Below are positions 27,101 to 45,417 of a stretch of 64,000 bases of DNA, one piece after another. The position numbers and the translations under genes were made by a program. This stretch comes from Nemertoderma westbladi (Eukaryota > Animalia > Xenacoelomorpha): assembly GCA_032718475.1 (NCBI GenBank), contig JAUCBJ010001577.1, positions 24,121-88,120 of the forward strand. Direction: 5' to 3'. Within the stretch, counting starts at the first letter, position 1. Each line of letters begins with the position of its first letter. The notes below the pieces were generated by a model. That model ran no database searches and was not told the DNA's origin. It worked only from the letters and a program-made list of their open reading frames with translations.

Positions 27101-29133
27101 CATTGCGCCTATGGCGTTTTTTCGTTTATGTCTATTTTTCGAGCCCACGGCTCATGGACGAAATAGCGGAACATACCAGGGACCTTAGAATCGCGGTATC
27201 CAGCCGCTGTGAAAATTTCATCAAAATCGTTAGAGTAGTTTTGGCTATAGATTAACCAGCCAGTCAATCAATCAGCCAACAATTCTTACAGTAATGAACC
27301 TCTCGGTTCCTAACTAGTGACGGGCCTAGCGGCCCGATAAGGAACCGACTTTTTATTTCAAATAAAAGAGACAACGAGAATTATTATAGAACTAATAATT
27401 ATGTAAAAATACAATCTTATTTCATACAATAATTAAATAAATTCGATCTATTATTAGTTACTCAATTCTAGAACAAAATTGACCTGCAACTAGTGAAGAC
27501 CTCGTTTTGGAATTTCGAAACCACGCTGGTGCGATGCGCGATATCGTGTTTAGTTAATAAATTGAAAACTCCATCAATTCAAGTGCAACCAGTAATAAGA
27601 AATCGCGATAAATGTAATTAAATAAAAATTATTCTAGAAAAATTTTCCTCAAAAAGTATGAAGTCTTGGCGTTGGTGACGCGAAACTAGGCTAGTGAGAT
27701 TCAGGATATTGCGTTTAATATAAAAATCGAAAACGCTATCGAATTCCGTAAAGGGGTTAATAAAATACTGCAACTTTTTTGAAATTTGTAAAATTCTAGA
27801 ACTGGAAAAAATTAATTTTTGAACGGCGCTGTTTGGGGTTTGGAAACATGGATAGGCTGAAAGAGGACATCAAATTAAGTTGAAAAATGAAAACCCCATC
27901 GAATTTGGACAAAGCATTCCGGAGTTATAGCGGATCGAAAAAAATTGACCCCCCCCAGTCGCCAAAAATTTACAGTAATTTAAAATTTTGCAAAAAAAAT
28001 TTTTTGCGTTATTTTTGATGGCGAATCGATTGGCAGTACTGGCTACGAAAAATTTTTTTTTGAAATTTTTGGTCAGAAAAAAAAACATGGAAAAAGTATA
28101 TTTTTAAAAACATTTGATGTCTTTGCCTATGGTCAGAGAATGATCCAACTCTGTAACTTGGCAATCGCTCAAATCCATTCAGCTGAATGGCACAGTAGAG
28201 TAAACTAAAGTAAGTTCCCTATACAATGTTCTGAAGGGGTGACTGACAGAGAGTAATCCAACAATAAAACATTTTGCAATAATGTTGGCATTAATGTAGC
28301 CAACTCACTGTGTAAGTAACAGTCATTCAGCTTACATTAGCAGAGTGAGATATTCCCATACAATGCATTGGGAAGAGTAATTCAGCTGAGGCGATATTCG
28401 ATTTCAAACTAAAGCAACCAGTTAATATTTGCTTTGACAGAGTGTCCTAGGGCCTAAACAAACAGTATGGGTGTACTGAGTACAATAATCTTGGCAACCT
28501 CATCGATTTATACTAAGCCTTGTGTAGAAATCCATTACATAAGCCATTTTTCATCACGACACCAGCTGTTATTGGTGTTATTTTACCATTGCGCCTATGG
28601 CGTTTTTTCGTTTATGTCTATTTTTCGAGCCCACGGCTCATGGACGAAATAGCGGAACATACCAGGGACCTTAGAATCGCGGTATCTAGCCGCTGTGAAA
28701 ATTTCATCAAAATCGTTAGAGTAGTTTTGGCTGTAGGTCAGTCAGTCAGTCAGCCAGTCAATCAATCAGCAAACAATTCTTACAGTAATGAACCTCTCGG
28801 TTCCTAACTAGTGACGGGCCTAGCGACCCGATAAGGAACCGACTTTTTACTAGAGACGGCGTCAAGACGCCGCTAAGCAAGTCGGAAGTCGTCAATCAAA
28901 GGTAAGTTCCCTCAACAATGTTTACCTTTGTTCAGAAGGGAAGTGTTATTTATCTATGGTCAGAGAGAGATCCCACTCTGTAATTTGGCAATTGCTCAAA
29001 TCCATTCAGCTGAATGACTCAGTAGAGTAAACTAAAGTAAATTCCCTCAGCCTCAACAATGTTTGCCTATGGTGTGAAGGGAATCTGACAGAGAATAATC
29101 TTAGCCACTAAATGTCATTCACCTAACAAAACA

Positions 29134-29790
29134 TTTTGAATGCCACAGTGATTAACCCAATACAGATAATAAGCAGTTATTTTTATATTTCAAACTATAA
29201 TGTTAGTGTAAGCCTTACAGAGTATCAGTATGAGGCTGAGTAAACATTCCGCCTTATAAGCATACAGCCTCCACAGTATTAATGTTGGCCAAAAGATTTA
29301 AAAATAAAATACAGTGCAATAGTACTCTGTAACCTACAGTCATTCAGCTTGCACTAAATATCAATCACCTATAAAACATTTAAACATTTTGAATGCCACA
29401 GTGTGTAACCTGATACAGATAATAAGCAGTGATTTTTATGTTTTAAACTATAACGTTAGTGTTAGCCTTACAGTGTATCAGTATGAAGCTGAGTAAACAT
29501 TCGCCTTATAAGCATACAACCTCCAAAGTATTAATGTTGGACGAAAGATTTAAAAATAAAATACAGTGCAGTAGTACTCTGTAACTAACAGTCATTCAGC
29601 TTGCACTAAATGTCCATCACCTATAAAACATTTTGAATGCCACAGTGATTATTAACCCAATACAGATAATAAGAAGTGATTTTTATATTTCAAACTATAA
29701 TGTTAGTCTTAGCCTTACAAAGTATCAGTATAAGGCTGAGTAAACATTCCACCTTATAAGCATACAGCCTCCACAGTATTAATGTTGGCA
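29134..29790. repeat. Three ~250-bp tandem repeats (third partial) inside the family-2 element
   Basis: ttttgaatgccacagtg recurs at ~29134, ~29387 and ~29631, each followed by tacagataataag...gagtaaacatt...ccttataagcatac. Confidence 0.85.
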
Positions 29791-30306
29791 TAATGTAGCC
29801 GATACACTGTATACCTAATAGTCATTCAGCAGGGGGAAGAGTTACTCAGCTGAGGCGGTAATAGATTGCAAACTAAACCAACCAGTTGGCAGCCTCATCG
29901 ATTTATACTAAGCCTGTGTAGAACCACAAACTAAATCAACCAGTTAATATTTGCTTTGACAGAGAGTGCAGGGCCTAAACAAACAGTATGGGTGTACTAA
30001 GTACAATAATCTTGGCAACCTCATCGATTTATACTAAGCCTTGTGTAGAAATGCATTACATAAGCCATTTTTCATCAGGACACCAGCTGTCATGGGTGTT
30101 ATTTTACCATTGCGCCTATGGCGTTTTTTTCGTTATCTCTATTTTTCGAGCCCAGAGGCTATGGACGGAGTAGCCGATCATGCCAGGGACCTTAGAATCG
30201 CGGTATCTAGATGCTGTGAAAATTTCATCAAAATCGTTAGAGCAGTTTTGGCTGTAGATCAGCCAGCCAGTCAGTCAGTCAGCCAGTCAGCTAACAATTC
30301 TTACAG

Positions 30307-34721
<4,415 letters not shown>

Positions 34722-36255
34722 AATTCTTACAGTAATCAAGTCTAACGACTTGCTAATTTTAAATAAAAGAGACAACGAGAATTAGTATAGAACTAATAAT
34801 TATGTAAAAATACAATCATATTTCATACAATAATTATTAATAAATTCGATCTATTATTAGTTGCTCAATTCTAGAACAAAATCAACCTGAAACTAGTGAA
34901 GACCTCGTTTTGGAATTTCGAAACCACGCTGGTGCGATGCGCGATATCGTGTTTAGTTAATAAATTGAAAACTCCATCAATTCATGTGCAACCAGTAATA
35001 AGAAATCACGATAAATGTAATTAAATAAAAATTATTCTAGAAAAAGTTTCCTTCAAAAGTATGAAGTCTTGGCATTGGTGACGCGAAACTAGGCTAGTGA
35101 GATTCAGGATATTGCGTTTAATATAAAAATCGAAAACGCTATCGAATTCCATAAATGCGTTAATAAAATACTGCAACTTTTTTGAAATTTGTAAAATTCT
35201 AGAACTAGAAAAAATTAATTTTTGAACGGCGTTGTTTGGGGTTTCGAAACATGGATAGACTGAAAGAGGACATCGAATTAAGTTGAAAAATAAAAACCCC
35301 ATCGAATTTGGACAAAGCGTTCCGGAGTTATAGCGGATCGAAAAAAATTGACCCCCCCCAGTCGCCAAAAATTTACAGTAATTTAAAATTTTGCAAAAAA
35401 AATTTTTTGCGTTATTTTTGATGGCGAATCGATTGGCAGTACTGGCTACGAAAAAATTTTTTTGAAATTTTTGGTCAGAAAAAAAAACATGGAAAAAGTA
35501 TATTTTTAAAAAGATTCGTCTTTGCCTATGGTCAGAGAATGATCCAACTCTGTAACTTGGCAATCGCTCAAATCCATTCAGCTGAATGGCACAGTAGAGT
35601 AAACTAAAGTAAATTCCCTATACAATGTTCTGAAGGGGAGACTGACAGAGAGTAATCCAACAATAAAACATTTTGCAATAATGTTGGCATTAATGTAGCC
35701 AACACACTGTGTACTAAACCGTCATTCAGCTTACATTAGCAGAGGGAGAAACTTGGATACTCAACTAGAATGCATTGGGAAGAGTTATTCAGCTGAGGCA
35801 ATAATAGATTTCAAACTAAACCAACCAGTTTATATTTGCTTTGACAGGGCCTAAACAAACAGTATGGGTGTACTAAGTACAATAATCTTGGCAACCTCAT
35901 CGATTTATACTAAGCCTTGTGTAGAAATCCATTACATAAGCCATTTTTCATTACGACACCAGCTGTTATTGGTGTTATTTTACCATTGCGCCTATGGCGT
36001 TTTTTCGTTTATGTCTATTTTTCGAGCCCACGGCTCATGGACGAAATAGCGGAACATACCAGGGACCTTAGAATCCCGGTATCTAGCCGCTGTGAAAATT
36101 TCATCAAAATCGTTAGAGTAGTTTTGGCTGTAGATCAGTCAGTCAGCCAGCCACGAGCAATTCTTACAGTAATGAACCTCTCGGTTCCTAACTAGTGACG
36201 GGCCTAGCGGCCCGATAAGGAACCGACTTTTTATTTCAAATAAAAGAGACAACGA

Positions 36256-37943
36256 GCTCGGCTCGGTCTTGCACGATTGGGCACGATTAAGTTCGACTTG
36301 GCTTGATCGGCTCGGTTTGGCTCGATTAGGCTCGGCTCAGCTCGGCTCGGCTCGGCTCGGCTCGGCTCGGCTCGGCTCGACTCGGTTTGGCTCAGCTCGG
36401 CTCGGCTCGGCTCGGCTCGGCCCGGCTCGGCTCGGCTTGGCCCGGCTTGGCCCGGCTCGGCTCGGCTCGGCTCGGCTCGGCACGGCTCGGCACGGCTCGG
36501 TTCGGCTCGGCTCGGCTCGACTCGGCTTGGCTCGGCCTGGCTCGGCTCGGCTCGGCTCGGCTCGGCTTGGCTCGGCTCGGCTCGGCTCGGCTCGGCTCGG
36601 CTCGGCTCGGCTCGGCTCGGCTCGGCTCGGCTCGGCTCTGCTCGGCTCGGCACGGCTCGGCTCGGCTCGGCTCGGTTCGGCTCGGCTCGGCTCGGCTCGG
36701 CTCGGCCCGGCTCGGCTCGGCCCGGCTCGGCTCGGCTCAGCTCGGCTCGGCTCGGCACGGCTCGGCTCGGCTCGGCTCGGCACGGCTCGGTTCGGCTCAG
36801 CTCAGCTCGGCTCGGCTCGGCTCGGCTCGGCTCGACTCGGCTCGGCTCCGCTCGGCTCGGCTCGGCTCGGCTCTGCTCGGCTCGGCTCGGCTCGGCACGG
36901 CTCGGCTCGGTTCGGCTCAGCTCGGCTCGGCTCGGCTCGGCCCGGCTCGGCTCGGCTCAGCTCGGCTCGGCTCGGCACGGCTCGGCTCGGCTCGGCTCGG
37001 CTCGGCTCGGCTCGGCTCAGCTCGGCTCGGCTCGGCTCGGCTCGGCTCGGCTCGGCTCGGCTCCGCTCGGCTTGGCTCGGCCTGGCTCGGCTCGGTTCGG
37101 CTCGGCTCGGCTCGGCTCGGTTCGGCCTGGCTCGGCTCGGCTCGGCTCGGCACGGTTCGGCTCGGCTCGGCTCGGCTCGGCTCGGCTCGGCTTGGCTCGG
37201 CCTGGCTCGGCTCGGTTCGGTTCGGCCCGGCTCGGCTTGGCCCGGCTCGGCCTGGCTCGGCTTGGCTCGGCTCGGCTCGGCTCGGCTCGGCTCGGCTCGG
37301 CTCGGCTCGGCTCGGCTCGGCTCGGCTCGGCTCGGTTCGGCTCAGCTCGGCTCGGCTCGGCTCGACTCGGCTCGGCTCGGCTCGGCTCGGCTCGGCTCGG
37401 CTCGGCTCGGCTCGGCTCGGCTCGGCTCGGCTCGGCTCGGCTCGGCTCGGCTCGGCACGGCTCGGCTCGGCTCGGCTCGGCACGGCTCGGTTCGGCTCAG
37501 CTCGGCTCGGCTCGGCTCGGCTCGACTCGGCTCGGCTCGGCTCGGCTCGGCTCGGCTCGGTTCGGCTCAGCTCGGCTCGGCTCGGCTCGGCTCGGCTCGG
37601 CTCGGCTCGGCTCGGCTCGGCTCGGCTCGGCCTGGCTCGGCTCGGCTCGGCTCGGTTCGGCTCGGCTCGGCTCGGCTCGGCTCGGCTCGGCTCGGCTCGG
37701 CTCGGCTCGGCTCGGCACGGCTCGGCTCGGCTCGGCTCGGCTCGGCTCGGCTCGGCTCGGCTCGGCTCGGCTCGGCTCGGCTCGGCTCGGCTCGGCTCGG
37801 CTCGGCTCGGCTCGGCACGGCTTGGCTCGGCTCGGCTCGGCTTGGCTCGGCCCGGCCCGGCTCGGCTCGGCTTGGCCCAGCTCGGCTCGGCTCGGCTCGG
37901 CTCGGCTCGGCTCGGCTCGGCTCGGCTCGGTCTGAGTCGACTC
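36256..37943. repeat. Nearly pure (GGCTC)n satellite, ~1.65 kb
   Basis: Direct inspection; same flanks as 21730-23087. Confidence 0.98.
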
Positions 37944-40689
37944 CCCGTGCTGCTCGAAGGGCGCAAATACATATATCGAAGGGTCAAAGCAAAACTCACG
38001 TGCTGCTCGAAGGGACAAAGTCAAACAATGTGTCTATTATTTGATGTAATTCACGTGCTGCTCGAAGGGCGCAAATACATATATCGAAGGGTCAAAGCAA
38101 AACTCACGTGCTGCTCGAAGGGACAAAGTCAAACATTGTGTCTATTATTTGATCATCTCACGTGCTGCTAGAAGGGCGCAACTACATATATCGAAACAAG
38201 CCCCTGTCTTGTATTTTAATTATATCAGAAATCGTTGCCTTCAGTACAAATATCTAAAAATTCATTCACCTGAAGTATGGGTAACATTATAAATTCGTTT
38301 TTCGCACAGTAGAGTTAACTAAGCAAATACCCTCCAGGTTGACTGAATGATTCTATTAATGTTTGCCATGCATAATGTACTATATTTGGGTCCCATGACC
38401 CACCCCATTGAACAGCTTTGCTTACATCTGATAGAAAGTAATCCCAAATTAACTTCCCTCTACGAAAATTATTTTAATTAAATACATACAACATAGCAGT
38501 CAACTCTGCTATCAACAGTACACAATAACTAAAATGGCATTCAGCTTACCAGCTATTCGCATTAAGCTAATAGATATTCGATTTCATTGGATTCAGTGAG
38601 TGTGTGAGGGCTATTGGGAGAGCAATCTGCTTATGATGTAATACATTAGAATCCCACAGCTTTTGTTTGCTTACTGTCTGAGTTGTAGAGTGAGGATAAT
38701 ACTTGGCAGAGAAAGCATTTCCTTGTTAGGTGGCCATTCCTATAGAATAGCATTACTAGGCCATCTCTATGCATTTTTCATGAGTGCCAGCTGGTGTTTT
38801 TATCATTGCGCCTACGGCGTTTTTTCGTTTACGTCTATTTTTCGAGCCCACGGCTCATGGACGAAATAGCGGAACATACCAGGGACCTTAGAATCGCGGT
38901 ATCTAGCCGCTGTGAAAATTTCATCAAAATCGTTAGAGTAGTTTTGGCTGTAGATCAGTCAGTCAGCCAGCCAGCCAGCCAGCCAGCCACGAGCAATTCT
39001 TACAGTAATGAACCTCTCGGTTCCTAACTAGTGACGGGCCTAGCGGCCCGATAAGGAACCGACTTTTTACTTGCTAATTTTAATGAAAGAGACAACGAGA
39101 ATTAGTATAGAACTAATAATTATGTAAAAATACAATCATATTTCATACAATAATTATTAATAAATTCGATCTATTATTAGTTGCTCAATTCTAGAACAAA
39201 ATCGACCTGCAACTAGTGAAGACCTAATTTTGGAATTTCGAAACCACGCTGGTGCGATGCGCGATATCGTGTTTAGTTAATAAATCGAAAACTCCATCAA
39301 TTCATGTGCAACCAGTAATAAGAAATCGCGATAAATGTAATTAAATAAAAATTATTCTAGAAAAATTTTCCTCAAAAAGTATGAAGTCTTGGCATTGGTA
39401 ACGCGAAACTAGGCTAGTGAGATTCAGGATATTGCGTTTAATATAAAAATCGAAAACGCTATCGAATTCCGTAAAGGCGTTAATAAAATACTGCAACTTT
39501 TTTGAAATTTGTAAAATTCTAGAACTAGAAAAAATTAAATTTTGAACGGCGCTGTTTGGGGTTTCGAAACATGGATAGGCTGAAAGAGGACATCGAATTA
39601 AGTTGAAAAATAAAAACCCCGTCGAATTTGGACAAAGCGTTCCGGAGTTATAGCGGATCGAAAAAAATTGACCCCCCCCCAGTCGCCAAAAATTTACAGT
39701 AATTTAAAATTTTGCAAAGAAAATTTTTTGCGTTATTTTTGATGGCGAATCGATTGGCAGTACTGGCTAAGAAAATTTTTTTTTTCAAATTTTTGGTCAG
39801 AAAAAAAAACATTGAAAAAGTATCTTTTTAAAAAGATTTGATGTCTTTGCCTATGGTCAGATAATGATCCAACTCTGTAACTTGGCAATCGCTCAAATCC
39901 ATTCAGCTGAATGGCACAGTAGAGTAAACTAAAGTAAATTCCCTATACAATGTTCTGAAGGGGAGACTGACAGAGAGTAATCCAACAATAAAACACTTTG
40001 CAATAATGTTGGCATTAATGTAGCCAAGAAGTGATTTTTATATTTCAAACTATAATGTTAGTCTTAGCCTTACAGAGTATCAGTATAAGGCTGAGTAAAC
40101 ATTCCACCTTATAAGCATACAGCCTCCACAGTATTAATGTTGGCATTAATGTAGCCGATACACTGTATACCTAATAGTCATTCAGCAGGGGGTAGAGTTA
40201 TTCAGCTGAGGCGGTAATAGATTGCAAACTAAACCAACCAGTTGGCAGCCTCATCGATTTATACTAAGCCTGTGTAGAACCACAAACTAAATCAACCAGT
40301 TAATATTTGCTTTGACAGAGAGTGCAGGGCCTAAACAAACAGTATGGGTGTACTAAGTACAATAATCTTGGCAACCTCATCGATTTATATTAAGCCTTGT
40401 GTAGAAATGCATTACATAAGCCATTTTTCATCAGGACACCAGCTGTCATGGGTGTTATTTTACCATTGCGCCTATGGCGTTTTTTCGTTTATCTCTATTT
40501 TTCGAGCCCACAGGCTCATGGACGAAATAGCGGAACATATCAGGGACCTTAGAATCGCGGTATCTAGCCGCTGTGAAAATTTCATCAAAATCGTTAGAGT
40601 AGTTTTGGCTGTAGATCAGCCAGCCAGTCAGTCAGCCAGTCAGTCAATCAGCAAACAATTCTTACAGTAATGAACCTCTCGGTTCCTAA

Positions 40690-41015
40690 CTAGAGACGGC
40701 GTCAAGACGCCGTTAAGCAAGTCGGAAGTCATCAATCAAATGTAAATTCCATCAACAAGCTGTCATTGGTGTTATTTTACCATTGCGCCTATGGCGTTTT
40801 TTCGTTTATGTCTATTTTTCGAGCCCACGGCTCATGGACGAAATAGCGGAACATACCAGGGACCTTAGAATCGCGGTATCTAGCCGCTGTGAAAATTTCA
40901 TCAAAATCGTTAGAGTAGTTTTGGCTGTAGATCAGCCAGCCAGCCAGCCAGTCAGCCAGCCAGCCAGTCAATCAGCCAACAATTCTTACAGTAATCAAGT
41001 CCTACGACTTGCTAA
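40690..41015 (-). mobile_element. Minimal 326-bp family-2 element (both termini plus core)
   Basis: ctag at 40690, hairpin acggcgtc-aa-gacgccgt at 40696-40713, agcaagtcg at 40716-40724, and its inverted partner cgacttgct at 41005-41013 overlapping the hairpin caagtc-ctac-gacttg. Confidence 0.85.
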
Positions 41016-43810
41016 CTAGTGACGGGCCTAGCGGCCCGATAAGGAACCGACTTTTTATTTTAAATAAAAGAGACAACGAGAATTAGTATAGAACTAATAA
41101 TTATGTAAAAATACAATCATATTTCATACAATAATTATTAATAAATTCGATCTATTATTAGTTGCTCAATTCTAGAACAAAATCGACCTGCAACTAGTGA
41201 AGACCTCGTTTTGGAATTTCGAAACCACGCTGGTGCGATGCGCGATATCGTGTTTAGTTAATAAATTGAAAACTCCATCAATTCATGTGCAACCAGTAAT
41301 AAGAAATCGCGATAAATGTAATTAAATAAAAATTATTCTAGAAAAATTTTCCTCAAAAAGTATGAAGTCTTGGCATTGGTGACGCGAAACTAGGCTAGTG
41401 AGATTCAGGATATTGCGTTTAATATAAAAATCGAAAACGCTATCGAATTCCGTAAAGGCGTTAATAAAATACTGCAACTTTTTTGAAATTTGTAAAATTC
41501 TAGAACTAGAAAAAATTATTTTGAACGGCGCTGTTTGGGGTTTCGAAACATGGATAGGCTGAAAGAGGACATCGAATTAAGTTGAAAAATAAAAACCCCA
41601 TCGAATTTGGACAAAGCGTTCCGGAGTTATAGCGGATCGAAAAAAATTGACCCCCCCCCCCCCCCCAGTCGCCAAAAATTTACAGTAATTTAAAATTTTG
41701 CAAAAAAATTTTTTTGCGTTATTTTTGATGGCGAATCGATTGGCAGTACTGGCTACGAAAAAATTTTTTTTGAAATTTTTGGTCAGAAAAAAAAACATGG
41801 AAAAAGTATCTTTTGAAAAAGATTTGATGTCTTTCTTTGCCTACTGTATGGTCAGAGAATGATCCTACTCTATAAACTTGGCAATCGCTCAAATCCATTC
41901 AGCTGAATGGCACAGTAGAGTAAACTAAAGTAAATTCCCTATACATACAATGTTCTGAAGGGGAGACTGACAGAGAGTAATCCAACAATAAAACATTTTG
42001 CAATAATGCTGGCATTAATGTAGCCAACACACTGTGTACTTAACCGTCATTCAGCTTACATTAGCAGAGGGAGAAACTTGGATACTCAACTAGAATGCAT
42101 TGGGAAGAGTTATTCAGCTGAGGCGATACTAGATTTCAAACTAACCAACCAGTTAATGTTTGCTTTGCCTGAGAGTGGTTGGTTGGGCCTAAACAAACAG
42201 TATGGGTGTACTAAGTATAATAATCTTGGCAACCTCATCGATTTATTACTAAGCCTTGTGTAGAAATGCATTACATAAGCCATTTCCATCAACAATGTTT
42301 GGCTATGGTCTGAAGGAAAGTGTTATTTACCTATGGTCAGAGAGAGAGATTCCACTCAGTAACTTGGCAATTACTCAAATCCATTCACCTGAATGGCACA
42401 GTAGAGTAAACTAAAGTAAATTCCTTCAACAATGTTTGTCTTTGTTCTGAAGGGAAGCCAGTAAATGCCATTCACCTATAAAACATTGTTAATGCCTCAG
42501 TGTATAACCTGATACAGATATTAAGCATTGATTTTTATTTTTCAAACTATAATATTAGCCTATGGAGAATCATATTATGTGGCTGATTAAACATACATTT
42601 TTATAAACATACAGTCTCCACAGTTTTAATGTTGGCATTAATGTAGCCAACACACTGTGTAACAGTCATCCAGCTTACATTAGCAGAGTGAGTAATAATA
42701 ATAATATATAATGTTAGTCTTATCCTTACAGAGTATCAGTATAAGGCTGAGTAAACATTCCACCTTATAAGCATACAGCCTCCACAGTATTAATGTTGGC
42801 ATTAATGTAGCCGATACACTGTATACCTAATAGTCATTCAGCAGGGGGAAGAGTTATTCAGCTGAGGCGGTAATAGATTGCAAACTAAACCAACCAGTTG
42901 GCAGCCTCATCGATTTATACTAAGCCTGTGTAGAACCACAAACTAAATCAACCAGTTAATATTTGCTTTGACAGAGAGTGCAGGGCCTAAACAAACAGTA
43001 TGGGTGTACTAAGTATAATAATCTTGGCAACCTCATCGATTTATACTAAGCCTTGTGTAGAAATGCATTACATAAGCCATTTTTCATCAGGACACCAGCT
43101 GTCATTAGTGTTATTTTACCATTGCGCCTATTGCGTTTTTTCGTTTATCTCTATTTTTCGAGCCCAGTACACAATAACTAAAATGGCATTCAGCTTACCA
43201 GCTATTCGCATTAAGCTAATAGATATTCGATTTCATTCGATTCAGTGAGTGTGTGAGGGCTATTGGGAGAGCAATCAGCTTATATGATGTAATACATTAG
43301 AAGCCCACAGCTTATGTTTGCTCACTGTCTGAGTTGTAGAGTGAGGATAATACTTGGTACAGAAAGCATTTCCTTGTTAGGTGGCCATTCCTATAGAATA
43401 GCATTACTATAGGCCATCTCTATCCATTTTTTCATGAGTGCCAGCTGGTGTTTTTATCATTGCGCCTATGGCGTTTTTTCGTTTATGTCTATTTTTCGAG
43501 CCCACGGCTCATGGACGAAATAGCGGAACATACCAGGGACCTTAGAATCGCGGTATCTAGCCGCTGTGAAAATTTCATCAAAATCGTTAGAGTAGTTTTA
43601 GCTGTAGATCAGTCAGCCAGTCAGCCAGTCAGTCAATAATTCTTACAGTAATGAACCTCTCGGTTCCTAATAAATTGTCTGTCTGTCTTTCTGCAAAAAT
43701 AGATAGATATAGGTAGATATTAATTAAATCAAAAGCAAAGGAAAATATCAATCACAACTTAGTTCAATACATCATTATGAGGGAGTGCTCATGCTCAATA
43801 ACTACATATG

Positions 43811-44088
43811 TAAGGAGGTGTCAATAAATGACGTCACGCAAGGTAGGGGGGTTGGGGGTCAGAGGGGGGGGGGGGGGGGGTCATTCGTTTTGTGCTGTCA
43901 TATTGATACTGGTTTAAAGAACACCAATCCCAATATCCCAAACTAACCATGGTATTGGTTGTCCACAATGTCCAGACCAGATTGCACTTCCCACTCACAA
44001 CGGGAGGAGGATGGGAGGGGGGGGGGGGGGGGGTGGGGGGTGTGTTCAAAAATGGCCAAATTAAAAAGTCATTTATGGACGGGCCCTA
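43811..44088. mobile_element. Putative MITE with imperfect TIRs and poly-G tracts
   Basis: The left end taaggaggtgtcaataaatgac resembles the reverse complement of the right end (tagggcccgtccataaatgac). Confidence 0.5.
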
Positions 44089-44313
44089 AACTAAAGGTGA
44101 CCAAATGCCAATTATTATTGTAATAATAACATTATGTTATAAACTAATCAAACGGTATGATTTTAGAACCTGCGGCAAATCAATACAAGCTCTGTATAAT
44201 ACTTAGAAAATCATCTTTTGTAGTGGCCCCGCGGAGTTTTGTTTCATATTTTCGTTTTTCATGTGGTTCAAGAATTTCAATTTCTACATTTGTGTAATTT
44301 CTTCATTATTTCT

Positions 44314-44967
44314 TCATTTTTGTAAAGGGTTGGTGGACTCCGTTGCTTTTTCCCAAATACTATTAATTGCAGTGATTACATTTTGATGGCTCCCAGGATC
44401 ATTCTTCAGTGGCTCATGCAGTATAACATTTGCTGATGCTGGCTTGGGGATTGATGGACATTCATCTGATGGAGGGTAGACTGCTTCGTACAATATATTG
44501 TAGGTCCCATCACAGAAAGAGGATTGCTTCCCTTTCCTATATGGATAAATCATATGGATAAAATTCACACAGAACCGCATCAATCTCTTGTTCCACAAAT
44601 GCAGTTCTATACTTATTAATAGTTGACCGACTCCGTTGAAAACAAAACGTTTTGTGAAGAATTGGCAAAGTTATGAATGGAAATATGAGGGAACTCCAAA
44701 AAAGGTGTACCCCACCCTTAAATCTGTAGACAGTTTAGATTCGTAGTATGCATGGTAAATGTTGCATGCGTACCATGTGCGCCTGCTGATGACTTTCTTA
44801 TCTATCATAGAATCAATAACCAAACGCTTCCCCTTCCTCTTTTTCAAATTCAGAACTACATAATCTCCAACGCATAGTTTATTACCATAGTTTTTTTTAA
44901 TGAAGTCATGGTTTAACACTTTGCAAGTTAATTGTTTTGGTGTAGTATGACTTTTCTTGGGAGGCAT
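44314..44967 (-). pseudogene. Unknown ~218-codon reading frame broken by one in-frame TAA
   Basis: ORFs 44671-44967 and 44314-44598 are in the same frame and the 24 codons between them are open. No domain recognised. Confidence 0.3.
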
Positions 44968-45042
44968 TATTGTTAAAAAAGCAGCTTAAAAAAATCAGAT
45001 ACTAGCCTACAGTATTATTATAACTTTTGCAAAGTCTGCAAT

Positions 45043-45114
45043 GACATCAGGTGGGATCGAACTGGTGACCTCCGAGTTGGAAGTCTGGCGCTCTAACCCA
45101 AATGCCAAAACACC
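45043..45114 (-). ncRNA. tRNA-derived sequence (pseudo-tRNA or SINE head, Gly-TCC-like loop)
   Basis: Minus strand tggcatttgggttagagcg (A-box-like), cttccaa loop and agttcgatccc (B-box-like); the T and acceptor stems pair poorly. Confidence 0.5.
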
Positions 45115-45417
45115 AGTAATTAATTATAAAAAATATACAGAACAGCAGAAACAACAACAATTTCAAGTAAAAGTGACTGGAACTTACTTATATTCATATA
45201 AACTACGTATAAACTTCAGAAATAGCCTAAGAATCTAAAATTAGGTACCTTAAGCTCAAATGCTGTAGTTTCATATTCAATAATATTAGCCTATATATTT
45301 TGAATGATAGCATATTAAATATTATTCATTATTATTAAAACAGTAAATCAGGGAAATTATAGTCTAAAATAAATAAAAATCAAGTAAAATAAATATAAAC
45401 CAAGATATGGTATAATT

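Noticed and set aside
30290-30306. ctaac...ttcttacag as a branch point plus splice acceptor
   Set aside because: No exon context, ctaac is present in only some units, and the motif is short enough to arise by chance.
36256-37943. (GGCTC)n as a telomeric repeat
   Set aside because: It is internal, embedded at a fixed position within repeat units, and not a telomere motif I recognise.
45043-45114. Functional tRNA-Gly
   Set aside because: The T-arm and acceptor stem do not pair properly; kept only as tRNA-derived.
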